DNA from: an uncultured Planctomycetia bacterium | GTDB taxonomy: Bacteria; Omnitrophota; Gorgyraeia; JAFGHF01 | Direction of reading: 5' to 3' | DNA length: 64,000 nt | Assembly: GCA_964586605.1 (NCBI GenBank) | Contig: CAZPGX010000002.1 | Span: 11,648-75,647 of the forward strand | Part shown: piece by piece, positions 40,291 to 49,434 of the stretch | Layout: each line of letters opens with the position of its first letter | How positions within the stretch are numbered: the first letter of the stretch is position 1 | Translations under genes and position numbers: made by a program | The notes under the pieces: generated by a model | The model's database searches: none | Seen by the model: the letters and a program-made list of their open reading frames with translations, nothing else | What the model was told of the DNA's origin: nothing

Positions 40291-40434
40291 GTTAGGCAGG
40301 TCTTCTGACTTACGGCTTCCTACTCACCAGGCCTTCCCACCCCGAGACTTCGGGACAGTGGCTAATGCTGGTTTTCGCTACCGATTACAGCGGCGGGACC
40401 GCGCTCGAGTTTCACGAGCTTCCCTACACCTAAC
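40291..40434 (-). promoter_or_regulatory. Cobalamin (AdoCbl-type) riboswitch heading the cob/btu operon
   Basis: P1 GTTAGG/CCTAAC, AGGGAA, CTCGTGAAACTCG, CGGTCCCGCCGCTGTAA, GCCACTG...GGGAAGGC, B12 box AAGTCAGAAGACCTGCC. Confidence 0.93.
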
Positions 40435-40459
40435 TTGCAATCTATTCAATTGTAATGCT

Positions 40460-40488
40460 ACCATAAACTAAATATCTATCTTTGTCAA
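40460..40488 (-). promoter_or_regulatory. Putative cob operon promoter
   Basis: TTGACA-17 nt-TATGGT upstream of the riboswitch. Confidence 0.5.
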
Positions 40489-40494
40489 GAAAAA

Positions 40495-41463
40495 TTATAA
40501 GTGCGCGTGGTTTTTTAAGAAACCTACGTAATCTTTTACTGCCTCGCTAAATTCAAAGAACTTATGGTCAACCCCTGCCCTTTTTAATTTATTCGCGTCG
40601 GCTTCTGTAAAATACTGGTATTTATCGCGGATGGCCCCGGGCATATCAAAATATTCGATTCTTGCGGGCAGAGCCAGGGCCGAGAATATAGCCTGCGCCA
40701 GCTCATTCCAGGTGTGGGCACGCCCTGTGCCCAGATTAAATATGCCTGTTTTTTGAGGATGCTCGACAAAATGATAAACGATATCTACGGCGTCTTTGAC
40801 ATAGATAAAATCCCGTTTTTGTTCGCCGTCAGCATAATCTTTTCTGTAGGATTTAAACAGCCTGATCTTTCTTTCTTTGAGTATCTTATCAAAAGACTTG
40901 GCGATTACGCTCATCATCTCGCCCTTATGGTATTCATTGGGGCCGAAGACGTTGAAGAATTTAAAACCGGTTGCCCGATTTAAGTAGCCGTTTCTGATTA
41001 ACCAGAGGTCAAAAAGTTGTTTGGAATAACCATAGATATTCAACGGTTTAAGGGTTGGAGTAACTTCGTCTTCATCCGAGAAACCTTTCTCGCCCAGGCC
41101 GTAAGTGGCGGCAGAAGAGGCATAAAGGAAAGGAATCCTGCGCTTGAAGGCCAACTTTGCCAGCTCCTTTGAATACTCATAATTATTTTTGAGCATATAG
41201 GTAGCATCAAAGCAGGTGGTGGAGGTACAGGCGCCCAGATGGATGAGCATATCTACGCCCTTGCCGATTTTCTCTTCCTGAACCAGCTTTAGAAAATCGC
41301 CCTTTTCGATATAATCCTTGAAATCCTTGCCCACAAGGTTCTTCCACTTCGCAGAATCTGCTAAATGGTCGACGACCAGGATATCGCTTATGCCTTGCTG
41401 ATTCAATTTCCATAACAGGCAGCTACCGATAAACCCTGCCCCACCCGTAACAATTACTTTCAT
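40495..41463 (-). CDS. rfaD: ADP-L-glycero-D-manno-heptose 6-epimerase
   Basis: TGGAGFIGS, HLGAC, YASSAATYG, PLNIYGYSK, FNVFGPNEYHKG.M.S, YQYFTEA. Confidence 0.93.
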   Translation of the reverse strand: MKVIVTGGAGFIGSCLLWKLNQQGISDILVVDHLADSAKWKNLVGKDFKDYIEKGDFLKLVQEEKIGKGVDMLIHLGACTSTTCFDATYMLKNNYEYSKELAKLAFKRRIPFLYASSAATYGLGEKGFSDEDEVTPTLKPLNIYGYSKQLFDLWLIRNGYLNRATGFKFFNVFGPNEYHKGEMMSVIAKSFDKILKERKIRLFKSYRKDYADGEQKRDFIYVKDAVDIVYHFVEHPQKTGIFNLGTGRAHTWNELAQAIFSALALPARIEYFDMPGAIRDKYQYFTEADANKLKRAGVDHKFFEFSEAVKDYVGFLKNHAHL

Positions 41464-41477
41464 CTCTTTGACCCTCC

Positions 41478-43202
41478 TTAAAATTGCAAGAGTAGATTCA
41501 AGAGGCCTCCGACGATAATAGCGGTAAGCACCATCAGCAGCGCGCTTTTGAGCATATCTTTCAGGCCCAGTTCTTTCAGCAACACCACAAATGTGGCCAC
41601 ACAGGGAAAGTATATCGCCAGAATTATCGAGCCGATAACCAACTGCTTTGTAGCCAGATTCAACGGTCCGAGCATGCCGATGGCTACGTCTTTTCTTAAA
41701 AAACCCACAATTAAGGCAGAGATGGCCTCGCGGGGTAAGCCCCAGATGTTTTGCAAAATTGGGCTAAAGATCCTGCTGAGGAAATCAATTATCTTTAAGG
41801 CATGCAGTAAATTAACGAATAAGATACCCAGAAGTACGTAGGGAAGCGCCTCTTTTAAGAAAGTTAATACGCGCATGGTCAATTTTTTGAACACTGCCAG
41901 GGCTTGTGGAAACCGATAGCGGGGAATCTCAACTAAAATCTCCGGGCTTCTGCCCCTTAAGAACTTATTTAAGATGAGCCCTTTAATTACTAAAACTAAA
42001 AATAAAGTACCAAAGACTATTCCTAAATATTGCCCTCCGCGCGCGCCCACTAAGCCAACAATCATAGCAATCTGGGCCATACAGGGGACGGCGATAGCCA
42101 TCAATGTCGCGGCAATAAATTTTTCACGGCGTTCTTCCAAGAGGCGTGTGGCCAGGGCCCCGGGCACATTACACCCCAAGCCTAGAATCATCGGGATAGT
42201 CGCATATCCGTGCAGGCCAATGTGGTGCATCAGATTATCCATCAGTACCGCAAAGCGGGGAAGGTAACCAAAGTCCTCCCAGAGACCGAGAACCAGATAA
42301 AAGCTAAAGATATAGGGAAGGACCATCCCTAAGGGTACATAAAGTCCGGTGGTTAAAAGCCCAAAAGAGATCCCAAAATCGATCTCGCCCTTAACCAGCC
42401 CGCCGATTAAGATATGATGGATTAAGCCCGCACTGCCCAGGAAGGCGCTCAACCTATTCATCAGCGGCAGCCATAGATTTTCAAAGAAGGGGTCAAAGAC
42501 AATATTAATCAGGCCTTCCCCGACAAAACGAATTATCCAGAAAGAAATAAAGACTACCAGAGCCGCGAACAGATGCCCCCAGAAGGGCTTAATCGTTAAG
42601 TCCTCCAGGCGCTCTAGAAGCGTGTGGTGCCTGTGGCTGAGTTTCTGTACCTGCTGAATAATCACGCCGATTTCCTCCCAGCATTTTTCTGCGCTGCAAG
42701 GAGCCTTTTTAGGAGAGCACGCCTGGGGTATACGCTCAATCAGCTGTTTTATCCCTTCTCCGGTAAGCCCACAGGTAGGCACAACAGGGACGCCGAGAAT
42801 CTCCTCCAATTGTTTCAAGTCGATACCTATGCCCTTGTGTTTGGTATCATCCCACATATTTAAGGCCACGACCATCGGGATGTGGCGCTGCAAAAGTTGC
42901 AGGGTAAGATAAAGATTCCTTTCTAAATTTGTGGCATCGACAATATTTACCACTACATCGCCCTGCTCCAACATCTTCACCGCTACTTCTTCGGCGCGGC
43001 TTGTGGGCTGAAGGCTGTAAGTGCCGGGGACATCGATGACTGCCGGGCGGGTGTCTGCGATCTTCATATAGCCCTGCATAAATTCTACGGTTGTGCCGGG
43101 ATAATTAGAGATAATTACCCTGGCCCCGGTTAAGCGGGAAAAGACTGCGCTTTTCCCCACATTAGGATTGCCCATCAATAATATTTTTTTTATCTCTGTC
43201 AT
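41478..43202 (-). CDS. feoB: Ferrous iron transporter B
   Basis: GNPNVGKS, NYPGTTV, DVPGTYS, DATNLERNL, GLGCNVP, VPC, YFPCVAT. Confidence 0.93.
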   Translation of the reverse strand: MTEIKKILLMGNPNVGKSAVFSRLTGARVIISNYPGTTVEFMQGYMKIADTRPAVIDVPGTYSLQPTSRAEEVAVKMLEQGDVVVNIVDATNLERNLYLTLQLLQRHIPMVVALNMWDDTKHKGIGIDLKQLEEILGVPVVPTCGLTGEGIKQLIERIPQACSPKKAPCSAEKCWEEIGVIIQQVQKLSHRHHTLLERLEDLTIKPFWGHLFAALVVFISFWIIRFVGEGLINIVFDPFFENLWLPLMNRLSAFLGSAGLIHHILIGGLVKGEIDFGISFGLLTTGLYVPLGMVLPYIFSFYLVLGLWEDFGYLPRFAVLMDNLMHHIGLHGYATIPMILGLGCNVPGALATRLLEERREKFIAATLMAIAVPCMAQIAMIVGLVGARGGQYLGIVFGTLFLVLVIKGLILNKFLRGRSPEILVEIPRYRFPQALAVFKKLTMRVLTFLKEALPYVLLGILFVNLLHALKIIDFLSRIFSPILQNIWGLPREAISALIVGFLRKDVAIGMLGPLNLATKQLVIGSIILAIYFPCVATFVVLLKELGLKDMLKSALLMVLTAIIVGGLLNLLLQF

Positions 43203-43435
43203 CTCTCTTCTATCTCTACCATCACCCGGCTGGCCATACCAAAGCCTATAGCAGCATTCGTCCCGCCCACCTGAACGGTAACCGGCCCGCGCCAGAAATG
43301 CCCGCTTACTTTGGTAATCTTTTTGCCCGGGCGAATCCCTAAATTCTGCAGGCGGGCAAGAAAACCTCTCCCACCTTCTAAGCGGGCTACGACCCCGGAC
43401 TCGCCCGTTTTCATTTTGGTTAAATCAACAACCAT
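43199..43435 (-). CDS. feoA: FeoA protein
   Basis: RLQNLGIRPG, GPVTV, AIGFGMA; directly upstream of feoB. Confidence 0.9.
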   Translation of the reverse strand: MVVDLTKMKTGESGVVARLEGGRGFLARLQNLGIRPGKKITKVSGHFWRGPVTVQVGGTNAAIGFGMASRVMVEIEER

Positions 43436-43436
43436 C

Positions 43437-44201
43437 TTATCCCTTTCTGCTCTTAAGTTCTAAAATTCTTTTCTCTTCTCTGCTTAAGCTACCCATGCCG
43501 CGCTTAGAGATTTTATCCAATACAACATTTACTTTGCGATCAAGATTTTTCTGCGCTCTCTGCTTCTCGCTGATTTTCCTCTTTTTGCTGTGAATCTTCA
43601 GCGAACTAAAGTCTAAATAAGAAATCTGCCTTTTAATCCATTCACTTTTAACGTATAGATACCCGAACAGGCCTCCTCCTAAGTGGGCAAAATAGGCAAT
43701 GCCTGCGCCCGGCGCCGAGAGCGCTCCCAGAAGGTTTATCCCGGCCAAGACCAATACCGCATGTTTAATTTTCATCGGAAAGACAAAGAACAAAAGAATC
43801 GTGGTCTGCGGAAAGAGCATCGCGTAGGCCACCAAGAGCCCGAATATTGCACCCGATGCCCCGATTACGGGGATAGCAGAACCTAAAGCGCTAAGGTAGC
43901 TGCACAGGCCTGCGCCTATTCCGGTAAAGAAATAAAACGAGAGGAACTCTTTCCTGCTCCAGCTTCTTTCAATGGCCGGGCCAAAAAACCAGAGCATCAG
44001 CATATTGAGCACAAGATGCCAAAGCCCCGCATGCAAAAACATATAAGTGGCCAACTGCCAGAGCCTAAATCTTCCTAATACATCCCGGGGCACCAGGCCA
44101 AAGAAGGTAAGCCAGCCAAACCCGGGCACAAGATGAACCAGGATGAACAGGGCAACGTTGGCGATAATCAGCGCTTTAACGGTCTTGGTCATAATCGTCA
44201 T
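43437..44201 (-). CDS. Rhomboid intramembrane serine protease
   Basis: WQLATYMFLH, HLVLNML.LW.FG, GASGAI, AHLGG; C-terminal LDKISKRG..SLS.EE tail. Confidence 0.9.
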   Translation of the reverse strand: MTIMTKTVKALIIANVALFILVHLVPGFGWLTFFGLVPRDVLGRFRLWQLATYMFLHAGLWHLVLNMLMLWFFGPAIERSWSRKEFLSFYFFTGIGAGLCSYLSALGSAIPVIGASGAIFGLLVAYAMLFPQTTILLFFVFPMKIKHAVLVLAGINLLGALSAPGAGIAYFAHLGGGLFGYLYVKSEWIKRQISYLDFSSLKIHSKKRKISEKQRAQKNLDRKVNVVLDKISKRGMGSLSREEKRILELKSRKG

Positions 44202-44212
44202 GGCAGCCCCAA
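44200..44212 (-). repeat. Duplication of the tRNA-Glu 3' end (att-like)
   Basis: ATGGCAGCCCCAA is identical to 45490-45502. Confidence 0.7.
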
Positions 44213-44264
44213 CTCGTGCTGAACACTACGGATAGTTTACTTCTGTTAAATCGCTGCAATTTTC

Positions 44265-45389
44265 TCATATTTTGGAAAGCCACTTTTTGAAGAATACGTC
44301 CACAATGGTATATAAATCGCTTTCTTTGTCTATTAGATCCTTGTCTATAAGACTTCGTACTGTACGCTGTAGGCTTGATGCTGAACCAAGATCGTATTTT
44401 TGTAAAAACTCATAAGAAAAAAGCTTTTCTTCGGGCGACATCTTACTTAGCGCCATAAGAACTTGTTTTTGTTTAAGCGCAAGAAGGTTCCATGTGGCCT
44501 CATATGTAGAAGACTCTCTTTCTAGCAGAAGGTCGAGGCTTTTTAAAAAATCCTCTTCGCTAATTTTCTGTTTATCTATTGCCTTCTCCCATATGATATG
44601 GCAAAGATATTGAACATAGTAAGGGTGAGATTCACATATGTTCATTATTTCACCGGCTAAATTACTGGAAAGAATTTTATTGCTAAGTTCAAATTTATTT
44701 CGTATAAATTCTGAAAGTTCGTTTTTGTCAATTTTACATAGAGGGAAAGATTTACCACTCCTATAAAAAGGCCTGTTGGGGTTATTAAATATATCGGAAA
44801 TAAGGTGTTTCTTGCTTCCCATAAATATATAAGATATGTTTTTGTGTTTTTGAAATAACGAGCGCATTGTTTTTTCAAGCTTGTCTGTCTTAAAAAGAGC
44901 TATCTGTTGAAACTCGTCAAAGCAAACTACGGCTTTCTTTTTTTTGCTAGCTATATAACGATTTATGCTTTCCAGGGCATCTTCTAACGAGGGAAGGATT
45001 TCTTTTTTTTCAATATCTATACTGTAAGATATTTCTCCACTTTGCCCTAGAGTAAATTTTGGCCTAATCTTTTTAAATAGCTTAGTGACGCCCTTAAGGC
45101 TCTTTCTAACCTTGCCAAAAATCGATTCTGCTATAGCTTTCCCATATATAGAAATAAAATCCTCTTCTGTTAACATTGGGTAAAGATCTGCATATACCGT
45201 GATCACGCCTTTTCTTTTGGATATTTCAAAGACTCTTTTTATTAAAGAAGTCTTTCCGTATCTCCTTTGTGAGAATATAATAACATTTTGGCTATTTTCA
45301 ACATCTCGGCACAATTCTTGTATCTCTTTTTTTCTGTTACAGAAATTGTCTCCTGCTACTTCTTTCCCATATACAAAGGGATTTTCCAT
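44265..45389 (-). CDS. P-loop ATPase (archaeal-type ATPase family) with C-terminal wHTH; start probably 45389
   Basis: NPFVYG..FCNRKKE, Walker A variant SQRRYGKTS, Walker B FDEFQ, GSKKHL, PFYR, HPYYVQ, DVFFKKWL. GGAGGT SD before MENPF; visibly AT-rich. Confidence 0.8.
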   Translation of the reverse strand: MENPFVYGKEVAGDNFCNRKKEIQELCRDVENSQNVIIFSQRRYGKTSLIKRVFEISKRKGVITVYADLYPMLTEEDFISIYGKAIAESIFGKVRKSLKGVTKLFKKIRPKFTLGQSGEISYSIDIEKKEILPSLEDALESINRYIASKKKKAVVCFDEFQQIALFKTDKLEKTMRSLFQKHKNISYIFMGSKKHLISDIFNNPNRPFYRSGKSFPLCKIDKNELSEFIRNKFELSNKILSSNLAGEIMNICESHPYYVQYLCHIIWEKAIDKQKISEEDFLKSLDLLLERESSTYEATWNLLALKQKQVLMALSKMSPEEKLFSYEFLQKYDLGSASSLQRTVRSLIDKDLIDKESDLYTIVDVFFKKWLSKI

Positions 45390-45400
45390 AAATACCTCCA

Positions 45401-45428
45401 TTACGCATTATGCGTTACGCATTATGCG
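45401..45428. repeat. Palindromic heptamer array (TTAYGCR)x4 upstream of the ATPase
   Basis: TTACGCA TTATGCG TTACGCA TTATGCG. Confidence 0.75.
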
Positions 45429-45490
45429 TAATTATAACATATCCAGGCATAATGTCAATATTATTTTACAGGAAAAGTAACTGGTAGTGA

Positions 45491-45568
45491 TGGCAGCCCC
45501 AAGGGGATTTGAACCCCTGCCGCCAGAATGAGAATCTGGTGTCCTAAACCGAGCTAGACGATGGGGCC
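45491..45568 (-). tRNA. tRNA-Glu(CUC)
   Basis: GGCCCCATCGTCTAG...CCAGA-TTCTCAT-TCTGG...GGTTCAAATCCCCTTGGGGCTGCCA. Confidence 0.95.
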
Positions 45569-45580
45569 ATGCGAGACTAT

Positions 45581-45648
45581 AGTCTATAAAAAAAGGGTTA
45601 AAAAGTCAAACAAAATATATTGACTAAGGCGGCCTCTTGCTGTAGACT
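45581..45648. promoter_or_regulatory. Back-to-back divergent promoters (tRNA-Glu and FIST operon)
   Basis: Minus strand: TTGACT(45609-04)-17-TAGACT(45586-81). Plus strand: TTGACT(45620-25)-17-TAGACT(45643-48). Confidence 0.7.
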
Positions 45649-45654
45649 AAACAT

Positions 45655-46845
45655 ATGTCTACCTCTTTAGGAGTGGGAATAAGCGAGAATCCCGACCCAT
45701 TTGCAGCAGGTAAACAAGCCGCAGGCGCCGTCTGCGAACAGGCTCAGGGGAATTACTTCAATCTTTTAATTGTCTTTGCCTCCGTAAAGTTTGACCAGCA
45801 GGCCCTGATCCGGGGGATAAAATCTGTCTGCCACAACGCCCCGATAATAGGCTGCTCGAGCGCCGGGGAGATATCTACCGCGGGCTCAACAAAGGATTCG
45901 GTAGCGATAATGGGAATCAATTCGAGCAGTGCTACTTTCTCGACGGGTTTGGGCTGCGGCCTAAGCCAGGATGCGCGCGCTGCGGGACAGAGATGCGCCC
46001 GGGAAGCAGCAAAGGCAAGACCGGGCAAGAGGCACGCCTTTATTATCCTGCCCGATGGGCTATCCGGAAATGGCGCTGAGATAATCCGGGGAACTCAAGA
46101 GGTCCTGGGAACCAGCTTTCCCATTGTGGGAGGCTCGGCCGGAGATGACTATCTCTTCCAGAAAACCTACCAGTATTACGGCGATAAAGTCTTAAGCGAT
46201 TCGGTGGTAGGAATTCTATTAGGAGGAGATATCTCCGTAGGTATCGGCATCCGCCACGGGTGGCATGCCATCGGCAAGGCCCACGAAGTCACTCAGGCCC
46301 ACGGCAATGTCATCGAGCGGATTGACGGAGAACAAGCTTTAAAGCTCTACCAGGATTACTTTGGCCGGGAGGCAGAAAATCTCAAGGACTCGCCCTGGGC
46401 AAAAATCGGCACTATTTATCCGCTGGGCATGTCCATACCCGATGAAGAAGAGTACTTAATCAGATACGCCTATAAAGCCACGGATACAGGCTTCCTTGTC
46501 TGTGCGGCGGAGGTTCCCCAAGGCTCGCTGGTGCGCTTGATGATTGCCGACAAAGATGGGGTTCTCAACGCAGCCAGAGAAGCCGCCCTCAAAGCCAAAG
46601 AGGCCCTAAAAGGCAGATCGATTTTAGCGGTAATTATCTTCGACTCCATCGCCCGCAAAAGGGTCCTGGGTAGAATTGCCCAGGAAGAAATTGAGGTAAT
46701 CAAAAAGACCCTGGGCCGGCCCTATCCAATGGTCGGATTCTATACCTACGGGGAACAGGCGCCTTTAAGGGCAGAAAGGTACGCAGGCAAGTCCTACTTT
46801 CATAACGAGGCGGTAGTGGTTATGGCTATAGGAGAAGCGCAATGA
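45655..46845 (+). CDS. FIST-domain signal transduction protein
   Basis: IIGCSSAGEI, PDGL, VGGSAGDD, HGW, YPLG, GFYTYGEQAP, FHNEA. Confidence 0.9.
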   Translation: MSTSLGVGISENPDPFAAGKQAAGAVCEQAQGNYFNLLIVFASVKFDQQALIRGIKSVCHNAPIIGCSSAGEISTAGSTKDSVAIMGINSSSATFSTGLGCGLSQDARAAGQRCAREAAKARPGKRHAFIILPDGLSGNGAEIIRGTQEVLGTSFPIVGGSAGDDYLFQKTYQYYGDKVLSDSVVGILLGGDISVGIGIRHGWHAIGKAHEVTQAHGNVIERIDGEQALKLYQDYFGREAENLKDSPWAKIGTIYPLGMSIPDEEEYLIRYAYKATDTGFLVCAAEVPQGSLVRLMIADKDGVLNAAREAALKAKEALKGRSILAVIIFDSIARKRVLGRIAQEEIEVIKKTLGRPYPMVGFYTYGEQAPLRAERYAGKSYFHNEAVVVMAIGEAQ

Positions 46846-48338
46846 TAGCAACGCTCACTCTAAATATAGGTACGGTCTTTATTGTCACCAGTGCCTTGAT
46901 TGTTGCGGCCTTTGGTTATCTGGTGGGTATCACCGAAAGGCAAAAGAAGGCCAGAGAAAACCTGCAGCGCTCTTTGGATAAACTCAAAAAGGCCTACAAT
47001 GAATTAGACGAACAGGCCAAGATTATTGTCAAGAAAGACCTGGAGCTCAACAAGACCCAGGAAGAATTGGATAAAAAACTCTCCAGTCTTTATGCCCTGC
47101 ATAAATTCAGCCAAGCGATTAGTTCTACCTTTGACAGAGAAAAACTATTTTCCCAGATTGATAAGTCTTTTATCTCAGAGCTGGGCTTCTACAGAGGCGT
47201 ACTTATTCTGGCAGATAGAGAAGCCAAAGGCTTCTCTATCCCTGTGGCTGTAGGATACAGCCGGCAAGAGCAAGAAAAGATTAAAAAACGCCTAAGCGAA
47301 AAGGATATCCTGGGTAAACTCAAGCAGCCCTTATTAATAGACGAAAGCCACCTGCTTGACGAAATAAAGAAAGAACTGCTACAGACATTTAGCCTTGTCT
47401 CCTTTTGCGTAGTGCCGATTATATCCCAGGAGGCAAAGTTAGGTCTAATTGTAGCAGGCAATGAGCTGGCCTACACCCGCCTTACCGAGGCAGACCTGGA
47501 GATGCTTTCTATACTGGCCAGCCAGATAGCCTCAGGGCTGGAAAATGTTCGGCTCTATGAAGAACTCTGGCATTCCCACCAGGACCTGGAGCAAAGAGTA
47601 GCCCAGAGGACAAAAGAGCTGGCCCTGGCCAATGAGAAATTGAAAAAAATAGATAAATTAAAGTCGGAATTTGTCTCCGCCGTCTCCCACGAATTAAGAA
47701 CCCCCTTAACTTCTATCAAGGGCTATGCCTCTATCCTGACTGGCGGAAAGCTTGGGGCTGTCCCCGCTCAAGCTAAAGAACGCCTGGAAAAAATCAACAA
47801 GCACTCCGATGCGCTGGTCAAGCTCGTCAACGACCTTTTAGACGGCGCCAGAATAGAATCAGGCAAAGTGGAGATGAAATTAGAAAAACTAAACGTAAAA
47901 GATGCCCTGGATTGGGTTGCCGATATCATGGCACCGCAGATGAAAGAAAAGAAGATTGAGTTTACTCAAGAGATAACTAAAGGTATTCCTGAATGCCTTG
48001 CCGACTCAATCCAGTTGGGCCGCGTCCTGACCAACCTCATGGGCAACGCTATTAAATTTACTCCGGAAAAGGGAAAAATTTCCATCAAGGTCAAGCAGAT
48101 TAAAGATTTCTTACAAATAGACATCCGCGATTCAGGCATCGGCATTGCCGAAGATGAGATAGCAAAGGTGTTTGAGGAATTCTACCGCGCAGATAACGAA
48201 GTTAACCAGAAGGTAAAAGGAACCGGCCTGGGGCTTCCTTTGGTAAAACGCATTGTGCAGGCGCACAAAGGAAAGATTTGGGTAACGAGCACGCTCGGCA
48301 AAGGCACAACATTCTCCTTTACCTTACCTAAAGCTTAG
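46842..48338 (+). CDS. GAF-domain sensor histidine kinase
   Basis: N-terminal TM, GAF, H-box VSHELRTPL, N-box NLMGNAIKF, DSGIGI, GTGLGL, GKGTTF. Confidence 0.93.
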   Translation: MIATLTLNIGTVFIVTSALIVAAFGYLVGITERQKKARENLQRSLDKLKKAYNELDEQAKIIVKKDLELNKTQEELDKKLSSLYALHKFSQAISSTFDREKLFSQIDKSFISELGFYRGVLILADREAKGFSIPVAVGYSRQEQEKIKKRLSEKDILGKLKQPLLIDESHLLDEIKKELLQTFSLVSFCVVPIISQEAKLGLIVAGNELAYTRLTEADLEMLSILASQIASGLENVRLYEELWHSHQDLEQRVAQRTKELALANEKLKKIDKLKSEFVSAVSHELRTPLTSIKGYASILTGGKLGAVPAQAKERLEKINKHSDALVKLVNDLLDGARIESGKVEMKLEKLNVKDALDWVADIMAPQMKEKKIEFTQEITKGIPECLADSIQLGRVLTNLMGNAIKFTPEKGKISIKVKQIKDFLQIDIRDSGIGIAEDEIAKVFEEFYRADNEVNQKVKGTGLGLPLVKRIVQAHKGKIWVTSTLGKGTTFSFTLPKA

Positions 48339-48347
48339 CGAGGGCAA

Positions 48348-49277
48348 ATGGCGAAGAAACGCATCTTAATTGCTGACGATGACGCAGACATCCTGGATGT
48401 GCTGCGCCTGAGCATCCCGGAAGACGAATACGAAGTAATCGAGGCCCGCGACGGGCAGGAGGCCATGGAGAAGGTCTACGCGCGGCCGCCGGACTTGCTC
48501 ATCTCGGATTATATGATGCCCAAGATTGACGGCCGCGCGCTCTGCGAAAAATTGAAGAAAGACATCCTGCTGCGCCACATGCCAATCATTATGCTCACCG
48601 GAAAAGGCGACGTGAAAGACAAGGTCAAAGGCCTCGACGCCGGTGCTGACGACTACATCGTTAAGCCCTTTGACCCCGAAGAGCTCTTAGCGCGCATCAG
48701 GATGGTCCTGCGGCGCAGTCAAATAGATTTAGATGCCGCTCCCCTGACCCGGCTTCCCGGCAATGTCTCTATCTTTAACGAAATCGAAAAACGGATTAAA
48801 GCTAAAGAAAAATTTGCGGTCGGGTATGTTGACCTGGATAAGTTCAAGGTCTTTAATGATAAATACGGATTTACTTGGGGAGACCGTTGTATCCAAACAA
48901 CCGCTCGTGTAGTCGTTAAGGCCGTAGAGGCAAAAGGAAAGCAAGATGATTTTGTTGGCCACATTGGCGGCGATGATTTCGTTATAGTCGGTTCTGTTGA
49001 TACTATTGATGCAATCTGTGAACAAATTGTTCAAGAATTTGGCAAGACAACTAAAGGGCTATACAAGCCTGAAGATTTAAAAAAAGGTTATATTGTCGGT
49101 AAAGACAGGCAGGGGAAAAAAACCAAGGCGGGTTTGATTTGTATCTCTATAGGTGTAGTCACGAATATGCATCGTGAATTTACTCATGTAGCCCAGGTTA
49201 CCGGAATCGGTGCAGAGCTAAAAGAATACGCTAAGAGCAAACAAAAAAGTAATTATGTGAGGGATAAAAGGAAGTGA
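48348..49277 (+). CDS. Response regulator with GGDEF (GGDDF) diguanylate cyclase domain
   Basis: REC ADDD..DYMMP..KPF; PLTRLPGN, DLDKFKVFNDKYG..GD, HIGGDDF. Confidence 0.9.
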   Translation: MAKKRILIADDDADILDVLRLSIPEDEYEVIEARDGQEAMEKVYARPPDLLISDYMMPKIDGRALCEKLKKDILLRHMPIIMLTGKGDVKDKVKGLDAGADDYIVKPFDPEELLARIRMVLRRSQIDLDAAPLTRLPGNVSIFNEIEKRIKAKEKFAVGYVDLDKFKVFNDKYGFTWGDRCIQTTARVVVKAVEAKGKQDDFVGHIGGDDFVIVGSVDTIDAICEQIVQEFGKTTKGLYKPEDLKKGYIVGKDRQGKKTKAGLICISIGVVTNMHREFTHVAQVTGIGAELKEYAKSKQKSNYVRDKRK

Positions 49278-49296
49278 CAAATTTTCTTCGAAAATT

Positions 49297-49383
49297 TGGT
49301 GCGCGGGGCGAGACTCGAACTCGCAAAACCTTACGGTCACAAGGCCCTCAACCTTGCGTGTTTGCCAATTTCACCACCCGCGC
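49297..49383 (-). tRNA. tRNA-Leu(GAG)
   Basis: GCGCGGGTGGTGAAATTGGCAAACACG-CAAGG-TTGAGGG-CCTTG, long variable arm, GTTCGAGTC, CCA end. Confidence 0.95.
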
Positions 49384-49392
49384 ATTTTTCAA

Positions 49393-49421
49393 ATTATAAC
49401 ACAACCCCTTAATCCTGTCCA
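49393..49421 (-). promoter_or_regulatory. tRNA-Leu promoter
   Basis: TGGACA-17 nt-TATAAT. Confidence 0.65.
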
Positions 49422-49434
49422 CTCCCCCTATCCC

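Noticed and set aside
27820-40494. Cobalamin block as an active mobile island
   Set aside because: It looks more AT-rich, but no integrase, transposase or flanking direct repeats were found, so mobility is unsupported.
44213-44264. Possible attC downstream of the ATPase (ATTTAAC...GTTCAGC on the minus strand)
   Set aside because: Too short, with poor arm complementarity; the tRNA-end duplication explains the islet better.
48348-49277. Hypr-type (cGAMP-forming) GGDEF enzyme
   Set aside because: The specificity Asp is retained (YGFTWGD) rather than replaced by Ser.
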